A DNA stretch of 64,000 nucleotides from Candidatus Bathyarchaeota archaeon (GTDB lineage: Archaea > Thermoproteota > Bathyarchaeia > Bathyarchaeales > Bathycorpusculaceae): the NCBI GenBank assembly GCA_963770935.1, contig CAVYRJ010000008.1:160001-224000 (forward strand), in the 5' to 3' direction. Both the position numbers and the translations under genes were made by a program. How positions within the stretch are numbered: the stretch's first letter is position 1; every line of letters starts with the position of its first letter. Positions 22,861 to 31,962 of the stretch are shown here, one piece after another. The notes under the pieces are model-generated. The model was not told the origin of the DNA, ran no database searches, and worked only from the letters and a program-made list of their open reading frames with translations.

Positions 22861-24039
22861 TTATTGTGTTACGGAGTGGTACCAACTTATGATGTATTCG
22901 GGCAGGTTAAGTCCTCGCTCGCCGAGCCGTTCCGCAAGCTTCACTGGAAGCGGGCTTAGAACGTAGGCTGCTCTAGTGTAGAAGCGTCTTGGCGTAGATG
23001 GCTTAACTTCTTCGGGCAAAATAATCTTCAAGTCAGCTTTTTTGGCAAGCGTAGAGTCTTCATTGCCTGTTATAGCGAAAACGATTCCGCCGAATTTCTT
23101 AAGCACATCCGCCCAAATGATAACTGGCCGCGTTTCACCCGAGAACGACAACAAAATCTCTAAGTCACCAGCTCTTGGATGCGGCGTGTTGACACCTCGC
23201 GTAATGTAAACGTTATCTCCAAGAAAGCTCTTAATATGGAAAAGTCGGACGCCGGTCATTTTGGCGATTTCGTTTCCCGTGCCTTTTCCGCCCAAAAACA
23301 CGTTAGTTCTTTTTTCCATTACATCAACAAGCTGGGTGTAGGTTTCTGAGGTAATGTTGGCGTCTATCATATCGCCGACTTTTTCGAATTCTTCTTCGCA
23401 CAATCGGAAGACGTCTTTGACTTCGAGGTTGCGGAAAATGGCTTCAATCATGCTTGTTAAGAGTTCAAGAGTGCCAAGTTCAAAAATGTCTCCCATCATG
23501 CCAGTTTCGGCGTATTCTGCACCCGGCTTAAATTTGCCGCGTCCTTTAAGCTGAACAACATGGCCGTAATTGCTGGTGACTTCCGCTAACGGCGAACTTA
23601 AGGCAGATGTTAAAAGCCCCATAGAGAACTGGTTAGATTTCTTTTCTTCAATGTATTTAGCTAGGTCTTGTGCCATAACCAGCGGGTCATCGCTGTAGCC
23701 GCTTCCTGAATTCATCAAAAGCAAAGTTTTTTTGTAACGCCTCTCCAAACCCGGTGCAGCGTCATACATACTCTTTCCAGGAAAACCAGGGTCATCAGGT
23801 GTCAAAACAACTTTATTTCGCCATCCCACTTGGCTAAGAGCAATCTGACTCATCGCTGCATTAAGCGAATAAAGAGATCTGCCTGATCCTCCACAGATAA
23901 CGCAATCCGCAGCTTTCAAGTCTTCAAAGAGAGGTGCAAGTTCCTTCTTTTTTATGCGCATGATGTTTTCTTGGATTTTATTTACATAGCCAATGGAGCT
24001 GATTTTGCTTTTGATAGCAACGGCACCTTCAGTGCACAC
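22861..24039 (-). CDS. Tandem SIS-domain protein (6-phospho-3-hexuloisomerase-like)
   Basis: GSGRS, NSGSG, MGDIFE in domain 1; GKGTG, SFSGET, AITGNEDSTLA in domain 2. Confidence 0.7.
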   Translation of the reverse strand: MCTEGAVAIKSKISSIGYVNKIQENIMRIKKKELAPLFEDLKAADCVICGGSGRSLYSLNAAMSQIALSQVGWRNKVVLTPDDPGFPGKSMYDAAPGLERRYKKTLLLMNSGSGYSDDPLVMAQDLAKYIEEKKSNQFSMGLLTSALSSPLAEVTSNYGHVVQLKGRGKFKPGAEYAETGMMGDIFELGTLELLTSMIEAIFRNLEVKDVFRLCEEEFEKVGDMIDANITSETYTQLVDVMEKRTNVFLGGKGTGNEIAKMTGVRLFHIKSFLGDNVYITRGVNTPHPRAGDLEILLSFSGETRPVIIWADVLKKFGGIVFAITGNEDSTLAKKADLKIILPEEVKPSTPRRFYTRAAYVLSPLPVKLAERLGERGLNLPEYIISWYHSVTQ

Positions 24040-24214
24040 ACAATTCCAAGATTCTCTATATTATCCTTGCGCTTGCGGACTTAGATTTATGTGAATTATT
24101 CATAATTGCTCTTATATTTTAGTTTCAAAGACAAAAAAGCAAGGCTAAATGCATTTTTGAGTAAAGAAACTTTATATTGACAGAAAACATCAACGCAGAA
24201 AACAGTGAAAACCT

Positions 24215-24851
24215 ATGTCGTCTGAAAGCGGTGCTGAAAAATACCAGTTTCTAGTTAAGTTGGCTTTAGAGAATGGGGCTGCTGACGCAAAAATCATCCC
24301 TACAGACAAAGTCATCGTCGAAAACCGCGTCGTGCTCAAGTGCAAAGTAGGCTGCAACCACTACGGCAAAACCCTCGCCTGCCCACCTTACACACCCTAC
24401 AGCTGAGGAATTCCGCAAAATCGTTGGCGAATACAGCTACGCCATGTTCATGAAATTTACCTCAAACGCACAGGCTGAACCAGAAGTGCTGGCAAAGCTC
24501 ATGGTAGCTGAAACCGACCCCAGCGTCCCCAAAGAAATCAAAGAAAAAGCCGCAAAGTTCTGGCTGGACTGGAAAGATGACAAACGCAAAATGCTCCAAA
24601 AAGTCGTTGATTTAGAGAAAGCAGCCATGAACAAAGGCTACAGCTTAGCCATAGCGTTCGTTTCAGGTCATTGCCAACTATGCGAAAAATGCAACATCGA
24701 AACAAAGATTTGTGCGCACCCCAATTTGGCGCGTTGGTCCGAGGATGCAGTTGGCGTTAACGTGAAGAAAACCGCCGCTAATGCTGGAATAACGGTAACT
24801 TTCCCATTCGCCAATAAACCTGAATCTTTCGCCATACTCCTCATCGATTAG
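24215..24851 (+). CDS. DUF2284 Cys-rich metal-binding protein, frameshift near 24400
   Basis: LKCKVGCNHYGKTLACPP then GHCQLCEKC...CAHP..AR.SEDAVGVNV. Confidence 0.85.
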
Positions 24852-24903
24852 TCGGTTGCAAGATAGGGAAAAGCTAAATAATTTAACTGCACAAAAAGAA
24901 AGC

Positions 24904-25176
24904 ATGAAAATTCTTCTCGATGAGATGTATGCGGGTTTAAAAGAGTACTTTGAAACTTTAGGCTATGAAGTTTTAACGACCGAGGAAGCAGGTTTAAAGA
25001 TTGCTAAAGACCGAGATATAGTGGAGTACGCGGGCAAGAACAACTTGATTTTAGTTACGCAGTATAGGAAACCCGCTGAGCTTGCAGAGTTGCTTGGTGT
25101 TAAATGCGTTTATGTTTCCAATTTAATGATTGCCAAGCTGGTTGACCAGAGTATAAAAGAAAACTTTCCAAAATAG
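24904..25176 (+). CDS. DUF5615/Mut7-C PIN-like protein
   Basis: MKILLDEM, KDRDIVEYA, LILVT; ATG at 24904. Confidence 0.75.
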   Translation: MKILLDEMYAGLKEYFETLGYEVLTTEEAGLKIAKDRDIVEYAGKNNLILVTQYRKPAELAELLGVKCVYVSNLMIAKLVDQSIKENFPK

Positions 25177-25178
25177 CG

Positions 25179-25739
25179 CTAGATACTGATATGCCGCAGG
25201 TACTTATTCCACAAGTACGATGCAGCGTAACCCGCAACCGCACCCGTAACTGGACCCATAAACATGACCATTGCGTCGAGCATTTGGCTTCTTTGAACAA
25301 ATAAACTAACAAACGAGAATCCTTGCGAATTTATGTATTCTGGAAAGATGGCAAACGCAGAGTAGCTTGAAAGGGCAATTAGCAGGGTGCTTAAAGCCAT
25401 AGCAGCTATCAATCGGTTGCGGTTTACACCTTTAGGAGAAGCATCGATTTTAAAAATTAACAGGAAAATATCCACAAAGACGCCGAAGAGGAAAGCGAAG
25501 AAGAACGTGAATGGACCCAAGGCTGGGCTGACAAGTGCTGTTAAGAGACCTCCCACTGCGCCCACAGACATAGCGCCCACTCTTGGAATGAATAACCCGC
25601 TTAATGCAAGCAACACGGCCTGGACGACTATTATGAGGTAGTTTAGCGGGGGTGGCAAAAAAACATTGGTAACAAATATGATTGAGCCGAAGAGCGCAGT
25701 TAAGAATAGTCGTTTAGCCTTCTGCATCCAAGTACCCAC
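25179..25739 (-). CDS. Membrane protein, ECF S-component-like
   Basis: 186 aa with 5-6 TM helices. Confidence 0.5.
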   Translation of the reverse strand: MGTWMQKAKRLFLTALFGSIIFVTNVFLPPPLNYLIIVVQAVLLALSGLFIPRVGAMSVGAVGGLLTALVSPALGPFTFFFAFLFGVFVDIFLLIFKIDASPKGVNRNRLIAAMALSTLLIALSSYSAFAIFPEYINSQGFSFVSLFVQRSQMLDAMVMFMGPVTGAVAGYAASYLWNKYLRHISI

Positions 25740-25848
25740 TTAGAGTATAGGAATCTCACTTCCATTTAAAAAACCTTAATTTCCACAAAGAAAAACCCAT
25801 CAATTTTTCTTAGCTGCGAAAGGAAGATAAGCATAAGCGAAGGTTATT

Positions 25849-26238
25849 TTGGTTGAGTCGATTTTTATGAAATGTGACCGATGCGGATTAAACTTTGAGG
25901 AAAACTTGATTAATCATTTTCAAGGGAGCATGTTGTGCGAAGACTGTTGCTTTGAACTTATGAATCCGCCCAAAGTATGTGACCCTTTAGCAGTTTCATC
26001 CACTCTATCAGTTCGCAAGCAGTTGGGGCAAACTGGAACAGAGGGATTGACTGAGCTGCAAAAAAAGATATACACCACCGTTGCAGAGAGAGGAAAAATA
26101 AGCAGAGATGAATTAACAACCCGCTTGAAAATGACGCCTAAGGAGATGGAACGCGAGTTTGCTATCCTTCGACATTGTGAACTTCTGCGAGCATTCAAAG
26201 AGGGAGGCACAGTGTACTTCGCAAAATTTTCATCCTGA
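25849..26238 (+). CDS. Small zinc finger plus winged-helix protein
   Basis: CDRC...LCEDC, CDPLAV, LTELQKKIY, REFAILRHCEL; the start may be 25867. Confidence 0.7.
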   Translation: MVESIFMKCDRCGLNFEENLINHFQGSMLCEDCCFELMNPPKVCDPLAVSSTLSVRKQLGQTGTEGLTELQKKIYTTVAERGKISRDELTTRLKMTPKEMEREFAILRHCELLRAFKEGGTVYFAKFSS

Positions 26239-26369
26239 CTTAGGTTGCTTAGCACCCTATGATTGTGGTGCTTAAATTTTAATGGAAAGTTATAAATTGT
26301 CAAGCATCAATATTAGCAAACATTTAATATTTGACTTATAAATGTATAAGAGCAGGGAGCAAGGGAAAA

Positions 26370-27122
26370 TTGAGTACTCACGCAGAAGATTTGAAACTTC
26401 GCTTAATGACAATCGAGCTTTTAAGAACAGCGAAGTACAAGCGAAACATTACTTACAGGGAATTAGCCTCCAAAACAGGATTACCCGTTACCGTTCTTAG
26501 CCGTTACGCTAAAGGCCACGTATTACCGAACACAATAAGAGCCAAACAACTCTGGCGCGTCTTAACCAAACTCGTTGGCTTAGAAGCTGAACTCCGTAGC
26601 AGAATAAAATTCGACGACATCGGCTACTTTGACAACACCGAAATCGTCGGAGACTATAACATCCTTCAACAAGCAGCAAATCACGCCCTCGCCAACTTTG
26701 CCGGCAAACGCGTAACGAAAATCTTAACTGCAGCCGTCGACGGCATCCCCTTAGCCACCATGGTCGCCAACTCACTGGGGGTAAACCTCATCGTTGCCAA
26801 ACGCAACAAAGAAGTCGGTGTCAAAGCCTTCCTTGAAGAAACATACATTTTAGGCAGAGACTCAGGTGTAACCGTAACCCTCTACATTCCCAAAGAATCC
26901 ATCAAAAAACGCGACAGCGTCCTAGTTGTAGACGACATGATTAAGAGCGGTGAAACCCAAGAGGCGCTGGTGAACCTTGTCAAGAAGTCAAAAGCTGAGG
27001 TTTCAGGAATATTCTCGCTCATCGCAGTCGGCGAAGAATGGAAGAGACGTCTGAAGTCAGGCGAAGACTCCCCAGTAGAAGTTGTAACCCACCTAAAATC
27101 ACCCTTTGACGTTTCAGCATAA
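26370..27122 (+). CDS. HTH plus phosphoribosyltransferase (PurR/APRT-like) protein
   Basis: TYRELASKTGLPVTVLSRY HTH; VLVVDDMIKSGET PRPP loop; TTG start inferred at 26370. Confidence 0.85.
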   Translation: MSTHAEDLKLRLMTIELLRTAKYKRNITYRELASKTGLPVTVLSRYAKGHVLPNTIRAKQLWRVLTKLVGLEAELRSRIKFDDIGYFDNTEIVGDYNILQQAANHALANFAGKRVTKILTAAVDGIPLATMVANSLGVNLIVAKRNKEVGVKAFLEETYILGRDSGVTVTLYIPKESIKKRDSVLVVDDMIKSGETQEALVNLVKKSKAEVSGIFSLIAVGEEWKRRLKSGEDSPVEVVTHLKSPFDVSA

Positions 27123-27152
27123 GCAAATCATTGCTTACATTGGTGCATTAAC

Positions 27153-28175
27153 ATGCGCATGATTAAGTGGCAAAACGGAACAGTCATAACACCCGATCAA
27201 ACCAAACTGCCCCTCCAAGAAGTAACTTTAGAAATTAAAACCGTTGACCAAATGGCAGAGGCAATAAAAAACCTCCGCGTTCGAGGCGCGCCACTTTTGG
27301 GTGCAGCAGCAGGATTTGGCGTAGCTTTGGCAGCTTATAACTCTAAAGCTAAGACAAAGGAAAAATTGTTGGCTGAACTGGAAACCGCTGGCACAATCAT
27401 CAAACGGCAAAGACCAACAGCGGTGAACCTATTTTGGGGCGTTGACCGAGTCTTAAACAAAGCAAGAACTGTTTTAGGCAGCATTGAAGAAATAAAAGAA
27501 GCTGTGATTTTGGAAGCGCAAAAGATTGCGGATGAAGATGCTCAAAACAATCGTGCAATCGGCAAGAACGGCTCCGTACTAATCAAGGACTTGGACACCA
27601 TCCTCACTCACTGCAACGCTGGCGAATTATGCGCTGTTGAGTATGGAACTGCTTTGGGTGTGGTTCGAGCTGCTTGGGAGCAGGGCAAAAAAATCAATGT
27701 TATCGCCGACGAAACCCGACCACTATTGCAGGGTGCAAGGCTCACCGTTTACGAGCTTAAACGTGACGGAATACCAGTTACCTTGATTACTGATAACATG
27801 GCAGGCTACGTAATGAGCAAAGGCTTGGTGAACAAAGTCATTGTTGGCGCCGACCGCATTGTGCAGGACGCTGTTGTGAACAAGATTGGCACGTACAGTG
27901 TAGCGGTGTTGGCAAAGGAGCATAGAATACCCTTCTATGTTGCCGCGCCCTCGTCAACCTTCGATTTAGCCCACACAGCAAAAGACGTCATCATAGAAGA
28001 ACGCAAATCTGAAGAAGTAACACATGTAGGCTGCCAGCAAACCGCTCCCGACGGAGTAGCGGTGATGAATCCAGCGTTTGACATAACTCCATTAAAATAT
28101 GTGTCAGCGATAATCACGGAAAAACGCGTTTATTACAACAAGGATTTTGGGGAATTCAGAAAAGGAAAAGTATAG
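27153..28175 (+). CDS. mtnA: S-methyl-5-thioribose-1-phosphate isomerase
   Basis: VRGAP, RPTAVNL, THCNAG, ETRPLLQGARLT, NKIGTY, NPAFDITP. Confidence 0.88.
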   Translation: MRMIKWQNGTVITPDQTKLPLQEVTLEIKTVDQMAEAIKNLRVRGAPLLGAAAGFGVALAAYNSKAKTKEKLLAELETAGTIIKRQRPTAVNLFWGVDRVLNKARTVLGSIEEIKEAVILEAQKIADEDAQNNRAIGKNGSVLIKDLDTILTHCNAGELCAVEYGTALGVVRAAWEQGKKINVIADETRPLLQGARLTVYELKRDGIPVTLITDNMAGYVMSKGLVNKVIVGADRIVQDAVVNKIGTYSVAVLAKEHRIPFYVAAPSSTFDLAHTAKDVIIEERKSEEVTHVGCQQTAPDGVAVMNPAFDITPLKYVSAIITEKRVYYNKDFGEFRKGKV

Positions 28176-28203
28176 CATAAAACAGTGAAGTAGCGGTTAA
28201 GTA

Positions 28204-28764
28204 ATGACTGAACCTAAAAAGGCTGCACCGGTAGAATTCAGAACCAGCGGTGTCCTCGCCGAGAAAGGTGTCATCGTATCGGAGCAAAGCAACATCGACG
28301 CGCTTTCTTCTCGTGGCTACGGAATCTTGGAGAACAAAGTTTTTGCGCTGACTTTTTTCGAGGCACTATACCTTCTGGACAAGGGCATGCTTGAAATCAA
28401 AAACGAAAAAAACAAAACCGTTGATTTCCAGAGCCTACTACACTGTTATGAAGCCCAAAATGAAAACGCTTGGGCAAACTACCTTGTCTACCGTGACCTA
28501 CGCAGCCGTGGCTACGTTGTAAGAGAAGGATTCGGAGGCAGAATCGACTTCCGCATATACGAGCGAGGAACATACGGCAAAGACACCGCACCCTACTTAG
28601 TTTTAAACACTCAAGAAGGAAAACCACTCCCAGTCAACGACCTATCAACTGCATTGCAGCAGTGCCAGAGCCAAAAGAAAGAGTTGACCTTGGCAGTTAT
28701 GAATCGACGGGGTGAAATTGTCTATTATTCAGTGGGAGAACTGCATTTTCCTGCTCAAACTTGA
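28204..28764 (+). CDS. tRNA-intron endonuclease subunit, probably the non-catalytic structural subunit
   Basis: EALYLL, YLVYRDLRSRGYVVR.G, DFRIY; the catalytic Tyr/His are not evident. Confidence 0.8.
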   Translation: MTEPKKAAPVEFRTSGVLAEKGVIVSEQSNIDALSSRGYGILENKVFALTFFEALYLLDKGMLEIKNEKNKTVDFQSLLHCYEAQNENAWANYLVYRDLRSRGYVVREGFGGRIDFRIYERGTYGKDTAPYLVLNTQEGKPLPVNDLSTALQQCQSQKKELTLAVMNRRGEIVYYSVGELHFPAQT

Positions 28765-28789
28765 TTGTTCGATATTGTGAGGAGCAAGC

Positions 28790-29824
28790 TCACAGAGTTC
28801 GTTTGCTTTCTATTAGTTCCTTAATGGTTAACATTTCTATTTGAAGTTTATAATTCATCTGTGCACGTATTTTGCCTCTGACTGCATCGCTGCTAAAGCT
28901 GTATCCAACTATTACTCCGTTTCTGGCTTTATTCCTCGCCAACGCGGCTGCAAAGCTATCAATCATTATCATGCCGACGTCATCCGACCGTTTTATTTGA
29001 ACCGGCCGTCCTCCCCCCGTATATCCATCTATTCCCATAGCAGTGTCTCTAGAAGAAGGAGCTTTGCCATCCAATCTAGCAAGAACCCAATTGTTGAATT
29101 CGCTAGATGAAAATCTGCGCAGCCTTTGTTCGCTAACCCTTCTTTTCTTCAACACCAAAAACGCGCCTACAACCACGCCCACAACCACTATCACAGCAAC
29201 TGCCGCTACAACTAAAGAATCCCCCGCCCCTGATGTCACTTCCACTGCTTCACTGACTACTCCTGTTCCATCGCACGTAACACATTTTATGTATCCCGTT
29301 CCTTCACAGTCTAGGCAACTTGTGGCTCCAGAAACGGTTCCTGCTCCGTTACAGTAGGGGCACGTGATGTCTTCAATCCCAGAAAGAGTTAACTGAACAT
29401 GCATCAACAGTTGCATTGGTGTGTAAGTTCCCAAGTAGGGGATTACAACGGTAACGCTGATAACTTGACTAGCTGGGAAGGTAACCGACGTTGAATTACT
29501 GTGTCCTGCAAGCGACGCTGTAACTGTTCCCACAATATCAACAGTCTCTTTATTACTAAATGTCCCCGTGACAAAAGTTACACCACTACCTTGATAGGCT
29601 GATATAGATGTTTTTGTAACACTGGGAGTTAACAACCCTGACCCTTGGCAATGCTCGCAAATGGTTGTGCCTTCTGATACTACTGTACCAGTGCCTTGGC
29701 AGCTTGAGCACACTTTTTGTCCTGTTCCGTCGCACTTTGGGCATTCCACATCAGCTAATGCCAAACTTAGACACGAAAAAGAGAGCAGCCCAATTAAAAG
29801 AATTAATAAAAATTTTTTGTTCAT
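28790..29824 (-). CDS. Signal peptide + DnaJ-type CxxCxGxG zinc repeats + TM + Mrr-like PD-(D/E)xK domain
   Basis: Six CxxCxGxG motifs; TM LVVAAVAVIVVVGVVVGAFLVL followed by KKRR; DTAMGIDG...VQIKR...GVIVGYSFS. Confidence 0.7.
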   Translation of the reverse strand: MNKKFLLILLIGLLSFSCLSLALADVECPKCDGTGQKVCSSCQGTGTVVSEGTTICEHCQGSGLLTPSVTKTSISAYQGSGVTFVTGTFSNKETVDIVGTVTASLAGHSNSTSVTFPASQVISVTVVIPYLGTYTPMQLLMHVQLTLSGIEDITCPYCNGAGTVSGATSCLDCEGTGYIKCVTCDGTGVVSEAVEVTSGAGDSLVVAAVAVIVVVGVVVGAFLVLKKRRVSEQRLRRFSSSEFNNWVLARLDGKAPSSRDTAMGIDGYTGGGRPVQIKRSDDVGMIMIDSFAAALARNKARNGVIVGYSFSSDAVRGKIRAQMNYKLQIEMLTIKELIESKRTL

Positions 29825-30224
29825 GAGTCTTAACCTTCCAAGAGATACCCTACGCCTAATCGCTTGACTTTAGGCTGATAGTGGCTATTGCGCATTTACC
29901 TTAAATAAACTTCGGAGAAAACGCGTAACGCCTCCACTTTCACCATCTAATTTTGAGATATACACCATTCCTTTTTATATTTTTCAACTAATACTTCAGT
30001 GAGTAAAGCTGGGAACCGATTAACACCAATGGTTTGTATCTAGCAACATTATAACCGGCTACGGGGTGCGAAAAGAATTGCTCTATTGGTTTATCGCATC
30101 CATCTGGAACCCATCATGACATTTTCCGGAGTGTTACCTTAGCTGTTTACACAACAGTTGATATGTAGCCCGAGCCTTTCTTGAAGGAACCGCCCAAGCA
30201 CCAATATTTCAACTCAAAAGATGA

Positions 30225-30420
30225 CCTTCCAACACCACAACCAACCACAACCGATCCACAACCAGCCACAACCAACATCAAAAACAGCCCCCACAACAAC
30301 AACCACAACCAGACAAACCCCAAACCACAACCCAAACACAAAAACCAACCCAAAACACAACCAGCCAGCCCCACTTGTACACACAAAACACCCACAACAC
30401 AACAAAAGAAAAAGAAAAGA
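30225..30420. repeat. Low-complexity A/C-rich tract with imperfect CCACAA/CAAC units
   Basis: Visible directly: ccaacaccacaaccaaccacaaccgatccacaaccagccacaacc... Confidence 0.75.
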
Positions 30421-30644
30421 CGGAGAAAAACACAGCCTGCAAACATCGCAAAGCCAATTAAAAAAGCAACCTAATCAAAGCCTGGAATTTGCAAATGCTA
30501 ATGTTTTTCTATTAGGCAAAAATTATGCACACCTCTCTCTAATTTTGAAAAACCTCTCAGGTTTTGTGTAAACCCTTCTTTTTGGGTGCGAGAGTTTAAA
30601 AGAATAATTGCATCACTTAAGTTAGTTTAGGAGTTCAAATGTAA

Positions 30645-31919
30645 ATGCCAGCTTTCCAACCTGTCCGTGGAATGAGAGACTTAATTGGTGAAGAAGCACA
30701 AGCCTTCACATACATCATCAGCAACTCACGAGAAACCGCCTCTCTTTATGGTTACAAAGAAGTCATAACCCCCCATGTTGAGCCCCTTGAGCTGTTAAGT
30801 GCCAAGTCAGGTGAAGAAATCCGCCAGCGCATGTTCATTTTCAAGGACCTAGGCGACCGCCAAGTTGCACTACGTCCAGAGTTTACTGCTTCAATCGCAC
30901 GGTTAGCCACGACTCTGCTGAAAAACGACCCAAAACCGCTGCGATTGTTTTCTGTAGGCACTGTTTACCGCTATGATGAACCCCAACGTGGCAGGTACAG
31001 GGAATTCTGGCAATCAAACTTTGAATTAATGGGCTCTGCTAAACCTGAAGCAGACGCCGAGATAATTCTGCTCACCAATAGCATAATGAAGTCGCTGGGG
31101 TTGCAGAACTACGCATTCAAAATTGGCCACATAGGTGTGATTCGCGGGATCCTTAGCCAAGAGGGCATTGAAGAGAAAACCCAGAATTCCGTGCTGCAAC
31201 TTATGGATAAAAAAGAATACGACGCGGCACTCAAGCTTGTGGATTCAGACAAATGCAAGAGCATGCTTAATGGGTTGCTTCAAATCAGGGGCAACGATTG
31301 GCTTGACACCGTTGAGCAAATCCAAACCTACGTTGCAGACTACGAGAAAGCTAAAGCTGCGGCAGAAAACCTCGCGGAAGTGCTCAAACTCGTAACCGAA
31401 AGCGCAGACATATCCATCACTGTGGAACCCGCATTCGCCAGAGGACTGGAATACTACTCAGGCATGATTTTTGAAATATACATCACTGGGCTGGAGATTG
31501 CGTTGGGTGGCGGCGGAAGATACGACAGGCTAATCGAAGCATTCGGCGGCGAACCTACGCCCGCAGTAGGCTGCGCACATGGAATCGACAGAGTTGCAAT
31601 TGCTCTGCAAACACAGAAAACAGCCCACACCGCAAAAACGGCGAAGAAAGTTGTAGTTTTACCAATCACTGAAACGCTAAAATATGAAGCATTAAGAATT
31701 GCTCAGCAACTGCGTGCAGTTGGGGTAACGGTGGAGTTTGAGGTTATGGGCAGGAAAATGGCAAAAGCCCTCGAAGACGCAGACAAACGCAAATTGGATT
31801 TTGCAGTTATCGTTGGAGAACGTGAACTCAAAGAAGGCGCCGTGATGCTCAAGGATTTGGTGAATCGACAACAAAGCTCAGTTCCAATAGATAAACTGGT
31901 TGAAAAAATCAAAAACTAA
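30645..31919 (+). CDS. hisS: Histidyl-tRNA synthetase
   Basis: RGMRD, LRPEFT, YRYDEPQRGRYREF, RGLEYY, GGGRYD. Confidence 0.96.
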   Translation: MPAFQPVRGMRDLIGEEAQAFTYIISNSRETASLYGYKEVITPHVEPLELLSAKSGEEIRQRMFIFKDLGDRQVALRPEFTASIARLATTLLKNDPKPLRLFSVGTVYRYDEPQRGRYREFWQSNFELMGSAKPEADAEIILLTNSIMKSLGLQNYAFKIGHIGVIRGILSQEGIEEKTQNSVLQLMDKKEYDAALKLVDSDKCKSMLNGLLQIRGNDWLDTVEQIQTYVADYEKAKAAAENLAEVLKLVTESADISITVEPAFARGLEYYSGMIFEIYITGLEIALGGGGRYDRLIEAFGGEPTPAVGCAHGIDRVAIALQTQKTAHTAKTAKKVVVLPITETLKYEALRIAQQLRAVGVTVEFEVMGRKMAKALEDADKRKLDFAVIVGERELKEGAVMLKDLVNRQQSSVPIDKLVEKIKN

Positions 31920-31936
31920 AAAGAAAATAAATTGTT

Positions 31937-31960
31937 AAGCCTCAGAAAAGAGGCTTTTCT
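31937..31960. terminator. Hairpin between convergent hisS and glnA
   Basis: AAGCCTC-agaaaa-GAGGCTT perfect 7-bp stem followed by a T-rich run. Confidence 0.5.
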
Positions 31961-31962
31961 GT

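Noticed and set aside
30225-30420. Repetitive tract as a CRISPR array
   Set aside because: No constant repeat with unique spacers.
30147-30571. Several overlapping ORFs (Cys/Gly/Val-rich or Thr/Pro/Gln-rich)
   Set aside because: Artefacts of the low-complexity A/C tract, which lacks stop codons in several frames.
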